From Epithemia pelagica (Eukaryota; Protista; Bacillariophyta): 64,000 nucleotides of DNA. The notes beneath the pieces were generated by a model. That model did not search any database. It had not been told where the DNA came from and saw nothing but the letters and a program-made list of their open reading frames with translations. The stretch's first letter is position 1, and the number at the start of each line of letters is the position of its first letter. Location: the NCBI GenBank assembly GCA_946965045.2, contig OX337239.1, positions 1,426,001 to 1,490,000 of the forward strand. The letters run 5' to 3'. The position numbers and the translations under genes were made by a program. Shown here piece after piece: positions 1-10,806 of this stretch.

Positions 1-1
1 T

Positions 2-691
2 GGCGAATTCCTCATCGAGACGCCCTCTAACTCCCCGGAGAAGGCTAGCGCGCCTAATCCGTTCCAGACTCCCGATCAAGTCGTCCCTCCGCCGTCCGAT
101 CCGAATCGCCCGCCGAACACCCTTGCACGCCGACCGAGTACACCTCCTCGCCCGAACCCAACTCGCACCCGACGTACGAGCCGTCTCATCAACGCGCACC
201 TCCGTTACTTCCGCGAGCCATCCGAGTATCAGAGCAACCCGGACCACATCCGTTCGACGCTCGAACACGAGGTCTCGTTCGAGTCCGTCCAACCCGTCGT
301 CGACCTAGAGGATATCCAACGACTCCTAGACTTGCTATACCAATCTCCAAGCTACCGATACATAGCGACCACCCTATCGGCCACCCCATCAGGCTGCCTT
401 CGGGTACGCTTCCTTACTTTCCAGCGTCCGGTCAATTACTTCCATACCATTTGGGTCGTGAACAAGACTAACCAACCTCTTCCTACCTTGACTACCCGTC
501 TCGACGACTACGTTGGTTTCATCCAAGTTATCAAGTTGCACCAGGACTTCCGTGCCACTATCTTCCCTCTACTCACCCAACCAGTGAACCACCTAGTTGA
601 GGACCACAACGGCAACGAAGAAGCTACCTCTGTTACTGAGTCTCCGATTCAACTTGATTACCACAACGAGCCCAGAAGTGACCACGTTTAA
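2..691 (+). CDS. Extra ORF upstream of gag (at least 229 aa, 5' end outside the window), Pro-rich N-terminal part, unknown function
   Basis: Manual translation shows frame 2 open from base 2 (GEFLIETPSNSPEK...) into track ORF 332..691 with no stop and no ATG, so the start is upstream of the window. Confidence 0.6.
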   Translation, partial: GEFLIETPSNSPEKASAPNPFQTPDQVVPPPSDPNRPPNTLARRPSTPPRPNPTRTRRTSRLINAHLRYFREPSEYQSNPDHIRSTLEHEVSFESVQPVVDLEDIQRLLDLLYQSPSYRYIATTLSATPSGCLRVRFLTFQRPVNYFHTIWVVNKTNQPLPTLTTRLDDYVGFIQVIKLHQDFRATIFPLLTQPVNHLVEDHNGNEEATSVTESPIQLDYHNEPRSDHV

Positions 692-740
692 GTAATTTTA
701 AGTAGTTTTCACACCAAACCAGAGACAAAACCGAGTTCCG

Positions 741-827
741 CACATCCGGGTTACCTTTCGGACATCACATCACACGTGGACATACGTGGCACATCCGGGT
801 TCAAAAGGCACACCACACATCCGGGTT
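741..827 (+). repeat. Three direct copies of CACATCCGGGTT in the leader before gag
   Basis: Copies at 741-752, 790-801 and 816-827. Confidence 0.85.
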
Positions 828-904
828 ACAAAACTTAACTAAAGTTTTCGACTAAGACATCACAGGACACATATCAACATATCTTATCACCAAGTCAAGC
901 AATC

Positions 905-3900
905 ATGGAACCAACTACACCGACCACACCAGAGTTCAACACCAATCAAAGTATATCTGATCAAGAAGTCTTTGATCATATTACTCAGGTGTTGTTCAAC
1001 TTTTCCAAGGAAAGGGTCGATGTACTCGTGAAATGGATGCACCATCATGCTTTTGATGATATCCTTAGTATCATTGAACATATGGCAATTGACCCTGAGA
1101 AGAACATGGATAGTATGACCAAATACAAGTCAGGAAAACAAATGCATGACCTACATGTCAATACAAGCCAGCAGATCAAGTTGCTTGCCCATTGGTTCCG
1201 ACAAACGAGTATCGACATTCAGGGTATACCTTCCAAGGCAACCTGGATGAATCTGACCAAGGCAGAATTTGATCTATGGAGGATAAACACTGACTTTCGC
1301 TCCGGAAGCCCTATCAACGACCCAGTATCACCTATGAAATCTCCATCCCATTTGACGTCACCCAAATCGTTTAGTACTACTTCTGCTGCATCACAGTCCC
1401 AACTGGACCTAACCGCATTCAAGAAGGGAACTAAGCGTGACGCTATGGCATATGAAACATTCAAGGATGAACGATACTACGACACGTTCTGGAGGACTTT
1501 CAAGACCACAGCAAAAGCCCAAGGTTTATCTAATGTTCTTGACTTCCGATACAAGCCGCCGACGAATGATACGTATGTAACAGAACTTTTCCAAGAGCAA
1601 CAAATCTTCCTATACTCCGTCCTTGTGCGCATCATCCAGACTGATCAAGGAAGAGCTTATGTTCGCGAACATGAACATGATGAAGACGCACGAGCAGTGT
1701 TACAGAAGCTTCACACATTGCATACGAAGTCAGACTTAGCGAAACGAGAGGTCTTACGATTAACCAATTACATCTCCAACCTTCGCCTCGATGATACATG
1801 GCGTGGATCATCACGTCAATTTTTGCTTCATTTCCAAGACAAACTACGTTTACTCGACAACCTTGTTGATCTCTCTGATCGCATACCTGATCACACTAGG
1901 ATGACGTTTCTTATGCAAGCTGTCGAGAAGGTACCTGACCTTCGCAGAGTTAAAATCTTGGACAACGTCGTCAACACGAAGTCTGGAGCAAAGTCTCTAT
2001 GTTATCAGTCGTACTTCTCCATTTTGATGGACGCAGCATATGACCATGATCAAGTCACGCAATCTTCTGCAACTGGTTGTCGTCGTAGTGTCAAGCAACA
2101 CGAGCAACACGAAACACAACATGATATTGAGGGATCCCTTCAGGAAGACGATGCATATCAGATAAACAATACCAATGTCCAAGATGATAACACGGCATCT
2201 CCAAAAGCCAGTCTTCCTCGTGACCTATGGTTTAAACTTCCTGAGGATGCTCGCAAGATGATTGTTGAGTATAACAAGAACGTGCAAGCTTCTACTCCGA
2301 GTCCAAGAAAAGTACAGCAACACTCCCTTGACATTGATCCTGAACCTGATCCTGACCCTGGTCAAGATGTCTTCGATGACCTGGACAACCCCACATATCC
2401 GCAGGATGATTCCGATCCAGCCACCCATCTCATCCATCAAGCAATGACGTCAACCGACCTCAATCACCCAGCTTCTGATTTGTCTAATGTTCTATCCAAT
2501 GCCGCATCTAAGACGAGCAAGAAAGTTAGTTTCAAACAGAATGAGCACAAGCAGAAGGTCCACATGACTCAATATATGTTCTCTCGAAAGTCGACTTATA
2601 CTGGGAATCAACTCATTGATCGTGGTGCCAATGGTGGTTTAGCCGGAGCTGATATGCGTATCCTTTCCAAGACAGGTCGTAACATCACGATTGTGGGAAT
2701 CGACAACCATGAACTTACTGGTCTCCCCATTGTCACTTGTGCTGCCAAGTTTGAAACTAATGATGGACCAATCGTTGGTATCTTCAACGAATATGCATAC
2801 TATGGAAAAGGACAGTCTATACATGCGCCTTGTCAATTGGAACATTATGGGCTATCTGTGGATGAACGTTCTGTCAAGGTGGATGGAAAGCAACGTATCA
2901 CTACCCTTGATGGACGTGCTTTACCTCTGTGTATCAAGGATGGACTTGCCTTTATCCACTCATTAGGTATCCCTTCTGATGATGACATGGACCGATTGCC
3001 GCAAATCATCTTTACTTCGCCATCTACTTGGGACCCCTCTGTTCTTGACCATACTCATTCAGATTCACAGCATGATGCTTCTACTACATGGCATCAGGTT
3101 GCTACCGACGGCAGTATGGCACGTTATCCATATGACACGTATGGGGAGTACACTGATCGTGTTGTCTGCAATCTCAATCTTCTCCTTGACCTTCCTTATG
3201 ACCACGGACCCGACAACACCACATATTTCTCTATCTATGCTGATGCTAATGGTGAAGACCCAACCCTTCAACATGCATCTGTCCATCGTCGTTATGTGGA
3301 AGAACATGATTGGAAACAATTTCGTCCCTTCTTTGGTTGGCAATCCGAGGAAGTTATTGCCGATACTTTCAAACATACTACACGACATGCTAATGTGATT
3401 TTTGACTGTGACACTCTCAAGAAACATTTCAAGGCACGCAACCCTATCCTGAATCTACCACGTCGTCATGAACCCGTTGCTACCGATTCGATCTTTTCTG
3501 ATACACCTGCTGTTGATCATGGTGGAAAGGTGGCTCAAATTTTTGTTGGCCGCGATACTCTTGTCACTGATATTTACGGTATCAAGTCTACCAAGCAATT
3601 TGTGAACACTCTTCAAGACAATATACGCATGCGAGGTGTTATGGAGACACTCATTAGTGATGGGGGTTCATCTCTCATTTCCCATAAGGTTAAGGATATC
3701 CTTCGCACCTTGCTCATCGGGGAGTATCGCTCTGAACCATACCACCAGCATCAGAACAAAGCCGAGAATCGTTATCAGACCGTTACACGAATGACGAACG
3801 CTATCATGAATGCAACTGGATGCCCGGCCAATGTTTGGTTACTTTGCCTTGAATATGTCTGTGACTTATTGAATCATTCTTCTTCACATGCACACTCTGG

Positions 3901-6571
3901 ACGTACTCCTATTGAGGCTCTCACCGGTCACCCTCCCGACATTTCGCACCTCCTGTTCTTTCCCTTCTGGGATGAAGTCTACTATCGTGTTGACCCCTCC
4001 GAACCGTCGTCTGGTCCCTACCCTTCTTCGACCGATGAGAAACTTGGCCATTGGGTTGGTTTTGCTCACAACGTTGGTGATGCTTTTACATGGAAGATTT
4101 TGTCTGCTGACAACCATATCCTCTACCGTTCCGCTGTTCGCCGTGTCGCTTCCACTACACCCAACCTTCGTGTGGATCGACCTTCAGGGGAGACGTCTCC
4201 GAAAGATGACACTGATAAGCAGGCTGACACTGTCTTCATTCGCAGTAAAAGTGAAGATCCATCCAAACCAATGCCTACAATCGATTACGAAGACATGATA
4301 GGACGCACTTTCCTATGCGACACTGAAGAAAATGGGGAGCGTCATCGAGCACGCGTTGTCAAACGAGTTGTAGATCTTAATGAAGAATCACTCAAGCAAG
4401 AAGAACGCATCAAGTACATCTACCGCAAGACAAATTCTGACGTTGATGAAATGATCTCTTATAACCAGTTGATGGAGTATATTGAGAGGGACAATCAAGC
4501 GCAGACCTCGGGAGATAATTTGTTCCGTTTCAGGGATGTTATTGCACATCAAGGCCCACTGTCTTCAACCGACCCGGATTATAAGGGGAGTAAGTATAAC
4601 TTGCTTGTGGATTGGGAAACTGGGGAGACAACCTATGAACCACTCTCCCTTATTGCCAACGACGACCCAATCACCGTTGCCATATATGGAAAGAAGCATG
4701 GGCTCCTCAACGAACCAGGATGGAAACACCTGAAACGCTACGTCAAGACGAGTAAACGCCTGATACGTGCTGCAAAACAATCAAGGATCAAACAAGTACG
4801 TCGATCAGTCAAGTATAAGTTTGGATTCCAAGTCCCTCGAGATTACGCCGAGGCTGTCAATCTTGACAAACAAAATGGTACCACAAGGTGGCAAGACGCA
4901 ACTGAATTGGAACTGTCTCAGATACAATCATATGAGACATTCAAGGACCATGGGAAGGCCATCTTCACAAATGGCAAGGTATCAAATGCACCTGAGGGAT
5001 ATCAAAAGATTCGAGTGCATCTCGTTTTTGATGTGAAACATGATGGTAGGCACAAGGCACGACTTGTTGCAGATGGACACTTGACGAAGGAACCTGTGGA
5101 AACGATCTACTCTGGAGTTGTTTCTATTCGCAACCTACGAATTGCTTTATTCCTTGGATCTCTGAACGATCTAGAAGTATGGGGAGCAGACATTGGGAAT
5201 GCGTATCTTGAAGCATTGACTGGGGAGAAGTTATATATTGTGGCAGGACCCGAGTTCAAGGAGCTAGAAGGTCACATCCTCATCATCTACAAGGCCCTCT
5301 ATGGTCTCAAATCTTCAGGCGCACGATGGCATGATGTCCTTTTTGACGTCCTCACCGATATGGGTTTCTCACCAAGCAAGGCAGATCCTGACATTTGGAT
5401 GAGAAAAGCACCTGGGGAGGATTGCTACGAATACATCGCCGTATATGTGGATGACTTAGCCATCATAGCTACTGACCCTGGAAACATTTGCAAAGTCTTC
5501 AAGGAAAAGTACAACTTCAAGCTTAAGGGAGATGGACCTATTGACTATCACCTGGGATGCCGGTACACCAAGGACCCTGACGGAACCCTAGTCTCTGATC
5601 CACGCCGATACATTAGCAAAATGATGGACACCTTCGAACGTATCTTCAAAGAGAAGCCCAAGAAGGCTAAAACCCCTCTCATTGCTGGTGATCACCCGGA
5701 ATTGGACGACACCGAACTCCTTGATGAAGAAGGTACACAGCACTTCCAGACCTTGATTGGACAGCTTCAATGGGTGATTACAATTGGTCGCTTTGATGTT
5801 TTTACTGCTACGATGACCCTTTCCAGGTTCCGCGCAGCTCCAAGACAGGGACATCTCAACAGAGCTAAACGCATCTATGGATACCTTTTCAATCTTTCTG
5901 ATGGTGCAATCAGATTCCGAATCGGAGAGCCCGATTTCTCAAGCATTCCAAGTCAAGACTTTGATTGGAGTCGTACGGTCTATTCAGATGCCAAGGAATA
6001 CATCCCTCATGATTGCCCAGAACCACTTGGACGATATGTGACGACAACGCACTATGTTGATGCTAACCTTATGCACGACATGATCACAGGAAAGTCTGTA
6101 ACAGCCATCCTGCATCTCTTGAATGGGACACCAATTGATTGGTACAGCAAACGACAGAGCACTGTGGAAACGGCAACATATGGATCAGAATTTGTGGCAG
6201 GAAGGACAGCAGTCGACCAAATCACTGAATTACGGCATTCACTTTGTTACCTTGGAGTAACAATCAGGGATCGCAGTTATCTGTTTGGAGACAATCGATC
6301 TGTGGTTGTTAATGCAACAATGCCTCATTCTATCTTGTCCAAGAGACATCATCTCCTTTCATATCACCGGGTACGAGAAGCGATAGCAGCGCAATACGTT
6401 GCATTCTATTGGAAGGATGGGAAGACCAACCCTGCCGACATCCTCAGCAAGCATTGGGAATTTGCAACTATTTGGCCTCTACTCAAGCCCCTATTGTTTT
6501 GGAGAGGAGAAGTTCAAGATCTCTACGAATCCAGCGATGACAAGGCTGAACCAACGAGCTGTGGGGAGTAG
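905..6571 (+). CDS. gag-pol: Gag-Pol polyprotein (gag, aspartic protease, integrase, chromodomain-like segment, RT, RNase H)
   Basis: Protease LIDRGANGG; integrase D-D-E (ATDSIF, LISDGG, KAENRY); RT ADIGNAYL and YVDDLA; RNase H YVDANL, SEFVA, GDNRSV, NPADILSK. No stops or frameshifts. Confidence 0.97.
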   Translation: MEPTTPTTPEFNTNQSISDQEVFDHITQVLFNFSKERVDVLVKWMHHHAFDDILSIIEHMAIDPEKNMDSMTKYKSGKQMHDLHVNTSQQIKLLAHWFRQTSIDIQGIPSKATWMNLTKAEFDLWRINTDFRSGSPINDPVSPMKSPSHLTSPKSFSTTSAASQSQLDLTAFKKGTKRDAMAYETFKDERYYDTFWRTFKTTAKAQGLSNVLDFRYKPPTNDTYVTELFQEQQIFLYSVLVRIIQTDQGRAYVREHEHDEDARAVLQKLHTLHTKSDLAKREVLRLTNYISNLRLDDTWRGSSRQFLLHFQDKLRLLDNLVDLSDRIPDHTRMTFLMQAVEKVPDLRRVKILDNVVNTKSGAKSLCYQSYFSILMDAAYDHDQVTQSSATGCRRSVKQHEQHETQHDIEGSLQEDDAYQINNTNVQDDNTASPKASLPRDLWFKLPEDARKMIVEYNKNVQASTPSPRKVQQHSLDIDPEPDPDPGQDVFDDLDNPTYPQDDSDPATHLIHQAMTSTDLNHPASDLSNVLSNAASKTSKKVSFKQNEHKQKVHMTQYMFSRKSTYTGNQLIDRGANGGLAGADMRILSKTGRNITIVGIDNHELTGLPIVTCAAKFETNDGPIVGIFNEYAYYGKGQSIHAPCQLEHYGLSVDERSVKVDGKQRITTLDGRALPLCIKDGLAFIHSLGIPSDDDMDRLPQIIFTSPSTWDPSVLDHTHSDSQHDASTTWHQVATDGSMARYPYDTYGEYTDRVVCNLNLLLDLPYDHGPDNTTYFSIYADANGEDPTLQHASVHRRYVEEHDWKQFRPFFGWQSEEVIADTFKHTTRHANVIFDCDTLKKHFKARNPILNLPRRHEPVATDSIFSDTPAVDHGGKVAQIFVGRDTLVTDIYGIKSTKQFVNTLQDNIRMRGVMETLISDGGSSLISHKVKDILRTLLIGEYRSEPYHQHQNKAENRYQTVTRMTNAIMNATGCPANVWLLCLEYVCDLLNHSSSHAHSGRTPIEALTGHPPDISHLLFFPFWDEVYYRVDPSEPSSGPYPSSTDEKLGHWVGFAHNVGDAFTWKILSADNHILYRSAVRRVASTTPNLRVDRPSGETSPKDDTDKQADTVFIRSKSEDPSKPMPTIDYEDMIGRTFLCDTEENGERHRARVVKRVVDLNEESLKQEERIKYIYRKTNSDVDEMISYNQLMEYIERDNQAQTSGDNLFRFRDVIAHQGPLSSTDPDYKGSKYNLLVDWETGETTYEPLSLIANDDPITVAIYGKKHGLLNEPGWKHLKRYVKTSKRLIRAAKQSRIKQVRRSVKYKFGFQVPRDYAEAVNLDKQNGTTRWQDATELELSQIQSYETFKDHGKAIFTNGKVSNAPEGYQKIRVHLVFDVKHDGRHKARLVADGHLTKEPVETIYSGVVSIRNLRIALFLGSLNDLEVWGADIGNAYLEALTGEKLYIVAGPEFKELEGHILIIYKALYGLKSSGARWHDVLFDVLTDMGFSPSKADPDIWMRKAPGEDCYEYIAVYVDDLAIIATDPGNICKVFKEKYNFKLKGDGPIDYHLGCRYTKDPDGTLVSDPRRYISKMMDTFERIFKEKPKKAKTPLIAGDHPELDDTELLDEEGTQHFQTLIGQLQWVITIGRFDVFTATMTLSRFRAAPRQGHLNRAKRIYGYLFNLSDGAIRFRIGEPDFSSIPSQDFDWSRTVYSDAKEYIPHDCPEPLGRYVTTTHYVDANLMHDMITGKSVTAILHLLNGTPIDWYSKRQSTVETATYGSEFVAGRTAVDQITELRHSLCYLGVTIRDRSYLFGDNRSVVVNATMPHSILSKRHHLLSYHRVREAIAAQYVAFYWKDGKTNPADILSKHWEFATIWPLLKPLLFWRGEVQDLYESSDDKAEPTSCGE

Positions 6572-7334
6572 TAGAACTCTCACCGAAAATCATCGGTTAG
6601 GTTCGGCACCTCATCGGTTAGTCGAGTCCCGTGGCTTCAAACATCACCTACATCACCTACATCCACACTACATACCTAGCTTCGCGCTAGCTCAACCTAT
6701 ATTTCGGTCGCATATACCAAAAAGTGAGAACAGATTGACGAACGTGCTATCACGAATCAACTTTGGTCTTGATATCCCATCAACGGATGATCATCCGTTG
6801 AACATCCGAGCCTGACCTATGCCCTAAGCGTGCGCGCCCAAATTCGTCAAGATGCGCGCAAGAACTATCCGAGCGTGGCGATCATGTATCCGACCCAACG
6901 GTCTAAGTACACAAGGCACGAATCACGATCACGCGAGACCATATCATCGTTCCCACTATTTCAAGATTGCAAACAAGGACGCGCCAACAAAACTACATAT
7001 ACCAACTTTAGCCAAGAATCGTTGAGGCTGTATATGATATACAAACACATATACATGTTATATACCTCACATACATCAACTCCAACCATTCCAGACCTAT
7101 CACCGCCAAGAACCTATTTCACACGATCGACAACAAGAATGGAAATCTCACACACCAAACCTAGTAGTAAGCTCACAATCATTAACATTACCATATCATC
7201 ACGTCTTCAGTGTCCTGACTATCCCTACGATAGAACCCTTGGGTTTCCTTTGTTCTCTGACCCGTGGAGAACCTTGGTATCAGTTGGTAATCGATTGTGG
7301 CTCTTCTAGAGCGTGTACTGACGGAATTCTACTA
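6569..7334 (+). repeat. 3' LTR of element 1 with non-canonical TA...TA ends
   Basis: Starts right after the PPT with TAGTAGAA; TTCTACTA at 7327-7334 is its exact reverse complement. An open frame of the outer element resumes at 7336. Confidence 0.72.
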
Positions 7335-7335
7335 A

Positions 7336-7662
7336 GCTGCACCAGTCGAGACGCTACAGAGTGAGCTTCCTGTTGCCCTTGTGGACGTCATTAGAGAAAC
7401 CGCAGACGGTCAAATCGAGACTGAAACCAACTACCCACGGATCCCTTCGCAACGAGGAGTGGCCCCAAAGTGGATTCCAAAAGGAACTCGCGTGTGGATT
7501 CTCAATCCGTTAAAACTCAAGGACGCGATCCCCCGGACCCATTTGCAAGGCACTGTCTCTCGTCACGGGTCCTTGTACCACTTCGTGAAGATCTGGAACC
7601 CTGTGACAAATCGCCACGAGGAGCATCGAAGGCACCGCGAGAACCTAGCGATCATTGAATAA
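7336..7662 (+). pseudogene. 3' remnant of an extra ORF upstream of gag in element 2, cut by insertion of element 1
   Basis: Frame is open from the LTR junction (AAPVETLQSELPVALVDVIRET...) to TAA, which overlaps the gag ATG (TAATG, 7660-7664). Confidence 0.55.
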
Positions 7663-10548
7663 TGTCTTCGTCACAAACAGGATCTCAAGCGCGGCCCGAT
7701 ACCGTTGGATCCAATTCTCGCAACAGTGGTCAAGGTAGTCAGGGAGGACGTGGCCGTGGGAGAGGTGGACGAGGAGGACGTTCACAACACAGCCAAAACA
7801 CCGGCCAACAATCAAACAAGTTCCACGGGCAAGAGCCCACCCTCAAAGAGTGTACGTTTGATTACACAGAAGATCCGCAATCGCGGCGATATTTGAGGAA
7901 CGTGGAACTCCTCATTGGCTATGTCGGCAGCACCTTCACCCGACATAATCGCCAGTACCAGCAAGCTCTCGAGGACCTGGAGTTGAAGGACCCCGACAAG
8001 CCAGAAATCCCTAAGGATACGAAAGACATCATCCAAGTCGAAGAATGGAAAATGGCGTCCAAGGCAAGAGAAGAACAGGTGATGGCCTATGAGAACTTCA
8101 GGGCAGCTTTATATAGCGTCATCTGGGGCCAGTGTACGCCACTTATGAACGACAAATTACAGGCCAAGGAATCCTACAACACGATCAAGAGCAGCCGAGA
8201 CGGCATTGCCTTACTTAGTCTGATCAAGGAGACAACATTCACGTTTGATTCGGGTAGAATCTACAAGCTGGTGGGACGCGATAAGCTGAAAGAGGACTTC
8301 TACTCCCTAGTAAAGCGTCGCAACAATCAGAGTATGCATAGCTACTACGAAGTCTTCCGAGCAAAAGTCAAAGTGTTACAAGAGGCCGGTGTGAAACTTT
8401 ATGACACGGACCTGGTAAAGTACATTGCCAAAGGGCACAAACGCGAAGACGCACCGACAGCCGAAGACTTCGAGGAAGCACAAGAACGATGCATTGCAAT
8501 TCGCTTCATTCGTTCCTGCGGGAATAAAGAATACGAAGCTCATTTACAGAACATGTTCCTGGATGGGCATGCAGCATATCCAGCGTCCTTAGCTGATGCT
8601 CGCGCCATAATCGACAACCGAATGACGAGTAAAAACAAGCAAGATCCTACACCGCAAGGACAGCAACCAGATAATGCAACCGGAGTCGCCTACGCCACTC
8701 ACGAAGCTGGCACGACCAACAGTACCACGTCTACGATCACAAACAGTCAAGATGGAGGCAGCCAAAATAACGGTAACAGTAATGGAGGTGGGAACAACAG
8801 GCAGATTGAGGACGCAGGAGATGTTCATCAAACCTCACCCGACTGTGTTTTCTCTTCTCATTCCCAGGCTAGCACCATCCCAACAGATTGGTTGTTGCTC
8901 GACAACCAGTCAACTGTAGACATCATTCACGATAAAAAACTCTTAAAAAAACATCCACACCTCCGACAAACCAATCACCATTCAAAGCCACGCTGGGACC
9001 CGCATATTGAAACAACAAGGATTACTCCCAGGATATGGGATAGTCTGGTTCAATGAGCAGTGTCCAGCGAACATCCTTTCATTAAACAAAGCCAAGACAC
9101 GCTTCCAAGTCAAATTTAACAGTGACCATGGCAAAATTTTTACACTACACGATTGGTCGTCAGGTAGACTGAAACAATAATTCAACGCCAGTCCTGAAGG
9201 CCTCTATTACATGAAATCTGGGAGTCTCCAAGGTAGCTTCTTAACTACGGTTAGTGAAAACGAAGCCCGTTATTCCCAAGCAGAGATTGATGGTGCAAAA
9301 GCAGCTAGATCCTTGCTAGCAAAAATAGGACGGCCCTCAACGAGAGACTACATCAAGATTCTCAAAGGGAACATGTTGCCCAATGCAGCAGTCACTGTCA
9401 ACGACGTGAAGCGGGCCGAACTACTGTACGGTCCTGATCTTGGTACACTGAAAGGAAAGACAACAAGGCGCAAGGCTCCATATGTTGATACAAGAGATGT
9501 TGTCCCGCCATCTATTGCAGACGAGTACAAGGAAGTTACCATCGCCATCGATGTATTGCATGTGAATAACATTGCGTTCTTGGCGACTATATCACGCAAG
9601 ATACACTTTGGAACCATCGCTGCGTTGTCAAACACCGATGATGTCAACATCCTCCAAGCATTAAAGAACACCATAGCCATCTACCGGCGTGGCGGCCTGC
9701 GACCAAGAATGGTCTTGGCCGATGGAGCATTCACAAGTGAGCACATGAAAGCCAGTCTACAGATGCTCGGAGTCTCACTCAACCCAACCGCACGAGACGA
9801 ACACGTAGGCGATATCGAGCGATACATCCGAACAATCAAAGAGAGGATGAGGTGTGTCTATAACACGCTACACTTTGCTCAGATTCCTAAGGCAATGTTG
9901 ATTGAAATGGCCAAGTTCGCAGTGTTCTGGCTAAACAGTTTCCCTCACCCGTTGGGAATCTCTCAAACTGAGAGCCCACGACGCCTTGTAACTGGCGAAA
10001 ACATCGATTACAATAAACATTGTCGCTATGAGTTCGGACAGTACGTGCAGTGCCATGAGCAACATGACAACACAATGGCACCAAGAACTGTGGGAGCTAT
10101 AGCTCTACGCCCAACAGGGAACAGGCAAGGTAGCTACTATTTCTTGAGTCTGAACAGCGGTCGCATTATCACCAGAAACCATGCAACCCCTTTGCCCATG
10201 CCTCAAGAGGTCCTTGCGAGAGTTGAGAATCTGGCAATGGCACAGCAGATGCAACCTGGCTTGGTATTCGGGAATCGAGATAACAGGATTCTTTTCATGG
10301 ATCCCGATAATCCGATATATGACGAAGCTGATGATGAATCATATAGGGATGAGGATGACCCTGATGAGGACCTACGCTATGATGACGACCTCATTGCAGA
10401 AGAATTAGAACAACCAAACCAACAAGGCCCAGAACACGAGCTCGAGCAAGAACCAGAACCACCTGTCAACCAACCAATCCCGGGCAATATTGAATGGTTG
10501 GTGAACCAACTGCCTGTCCCTATGGATCAACAGGAGAACAACGAAGCC

Positions 10549-10806
10549 ATGGAAATCCAAGGAGTGGACAACATGGAAATCCAAGGAGTGGAAATCCAAG
10601 GAGTGGAAGAGGATCCGATACCCGAGGAACCAGTGATCATGGAAGAGGAGGAGGAAATTGTGGATGATGAGGATGAGGATACAGTAGGAGAGGAGCTAGC
10701 CGGAGGAGAGGAGTTGGAGGATGCGGATGCACAAGAGGACGTGATCATGGAAGAGGAGGAGGACATCGCCACCGATCAAGATGACATCGCCACCGATCAA
10801 GACAAC
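10549..10806 (+). repeat. Short internal duplications in the acidic IN-RT linker
   Basis: ATGGAAATCCAAGGAGTGGA-like x3, GTGATCATGGAAGAGGAGGAGGA x2, GACATCGCCACCGATCAAGA x2. Confidence 0.85.

Larger units (their letters stand above)
1..7334 (+). mobile_element. Ty1/Copia (CoDi-like) LTR retrotransposon 1, apparently intact; 5' LTR lies outside the window
   Basis: Single 1888-aa gag-pol ORF in PR-IN-RT-RH order, purine tract GTGGGGAG (6561-6568), then a 766-bp segment bounded by TAGTAGAA...TTCTACTA. No copy of this LTR occurs in 1-900. Confidence 0.93.

Noticed and set aside
7275-7283. TGGTATCAG as an iMet primer-binding site, implying an LTR shared by the two elements
   Set aside because: Only 9 nt match. 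It lies inside the segment bounded by the TAGTAGAA/TTCTACTA inverted termini, and element 2's own LTR (16871-17080) is unrelated to this sequence.
6830-7309. 159-aa ORF in the LTR
   Set aside because: GTG start, no recognisable motif, composition typical of LTR sequence.
8945-8952. Programmed ribosomal frameshift at A AAA AAC
   Set aside because: The required shift is +1, not -1; it falls inside the protease domain; and a separate TAA follows. Mutation or sequencing error is simpler.
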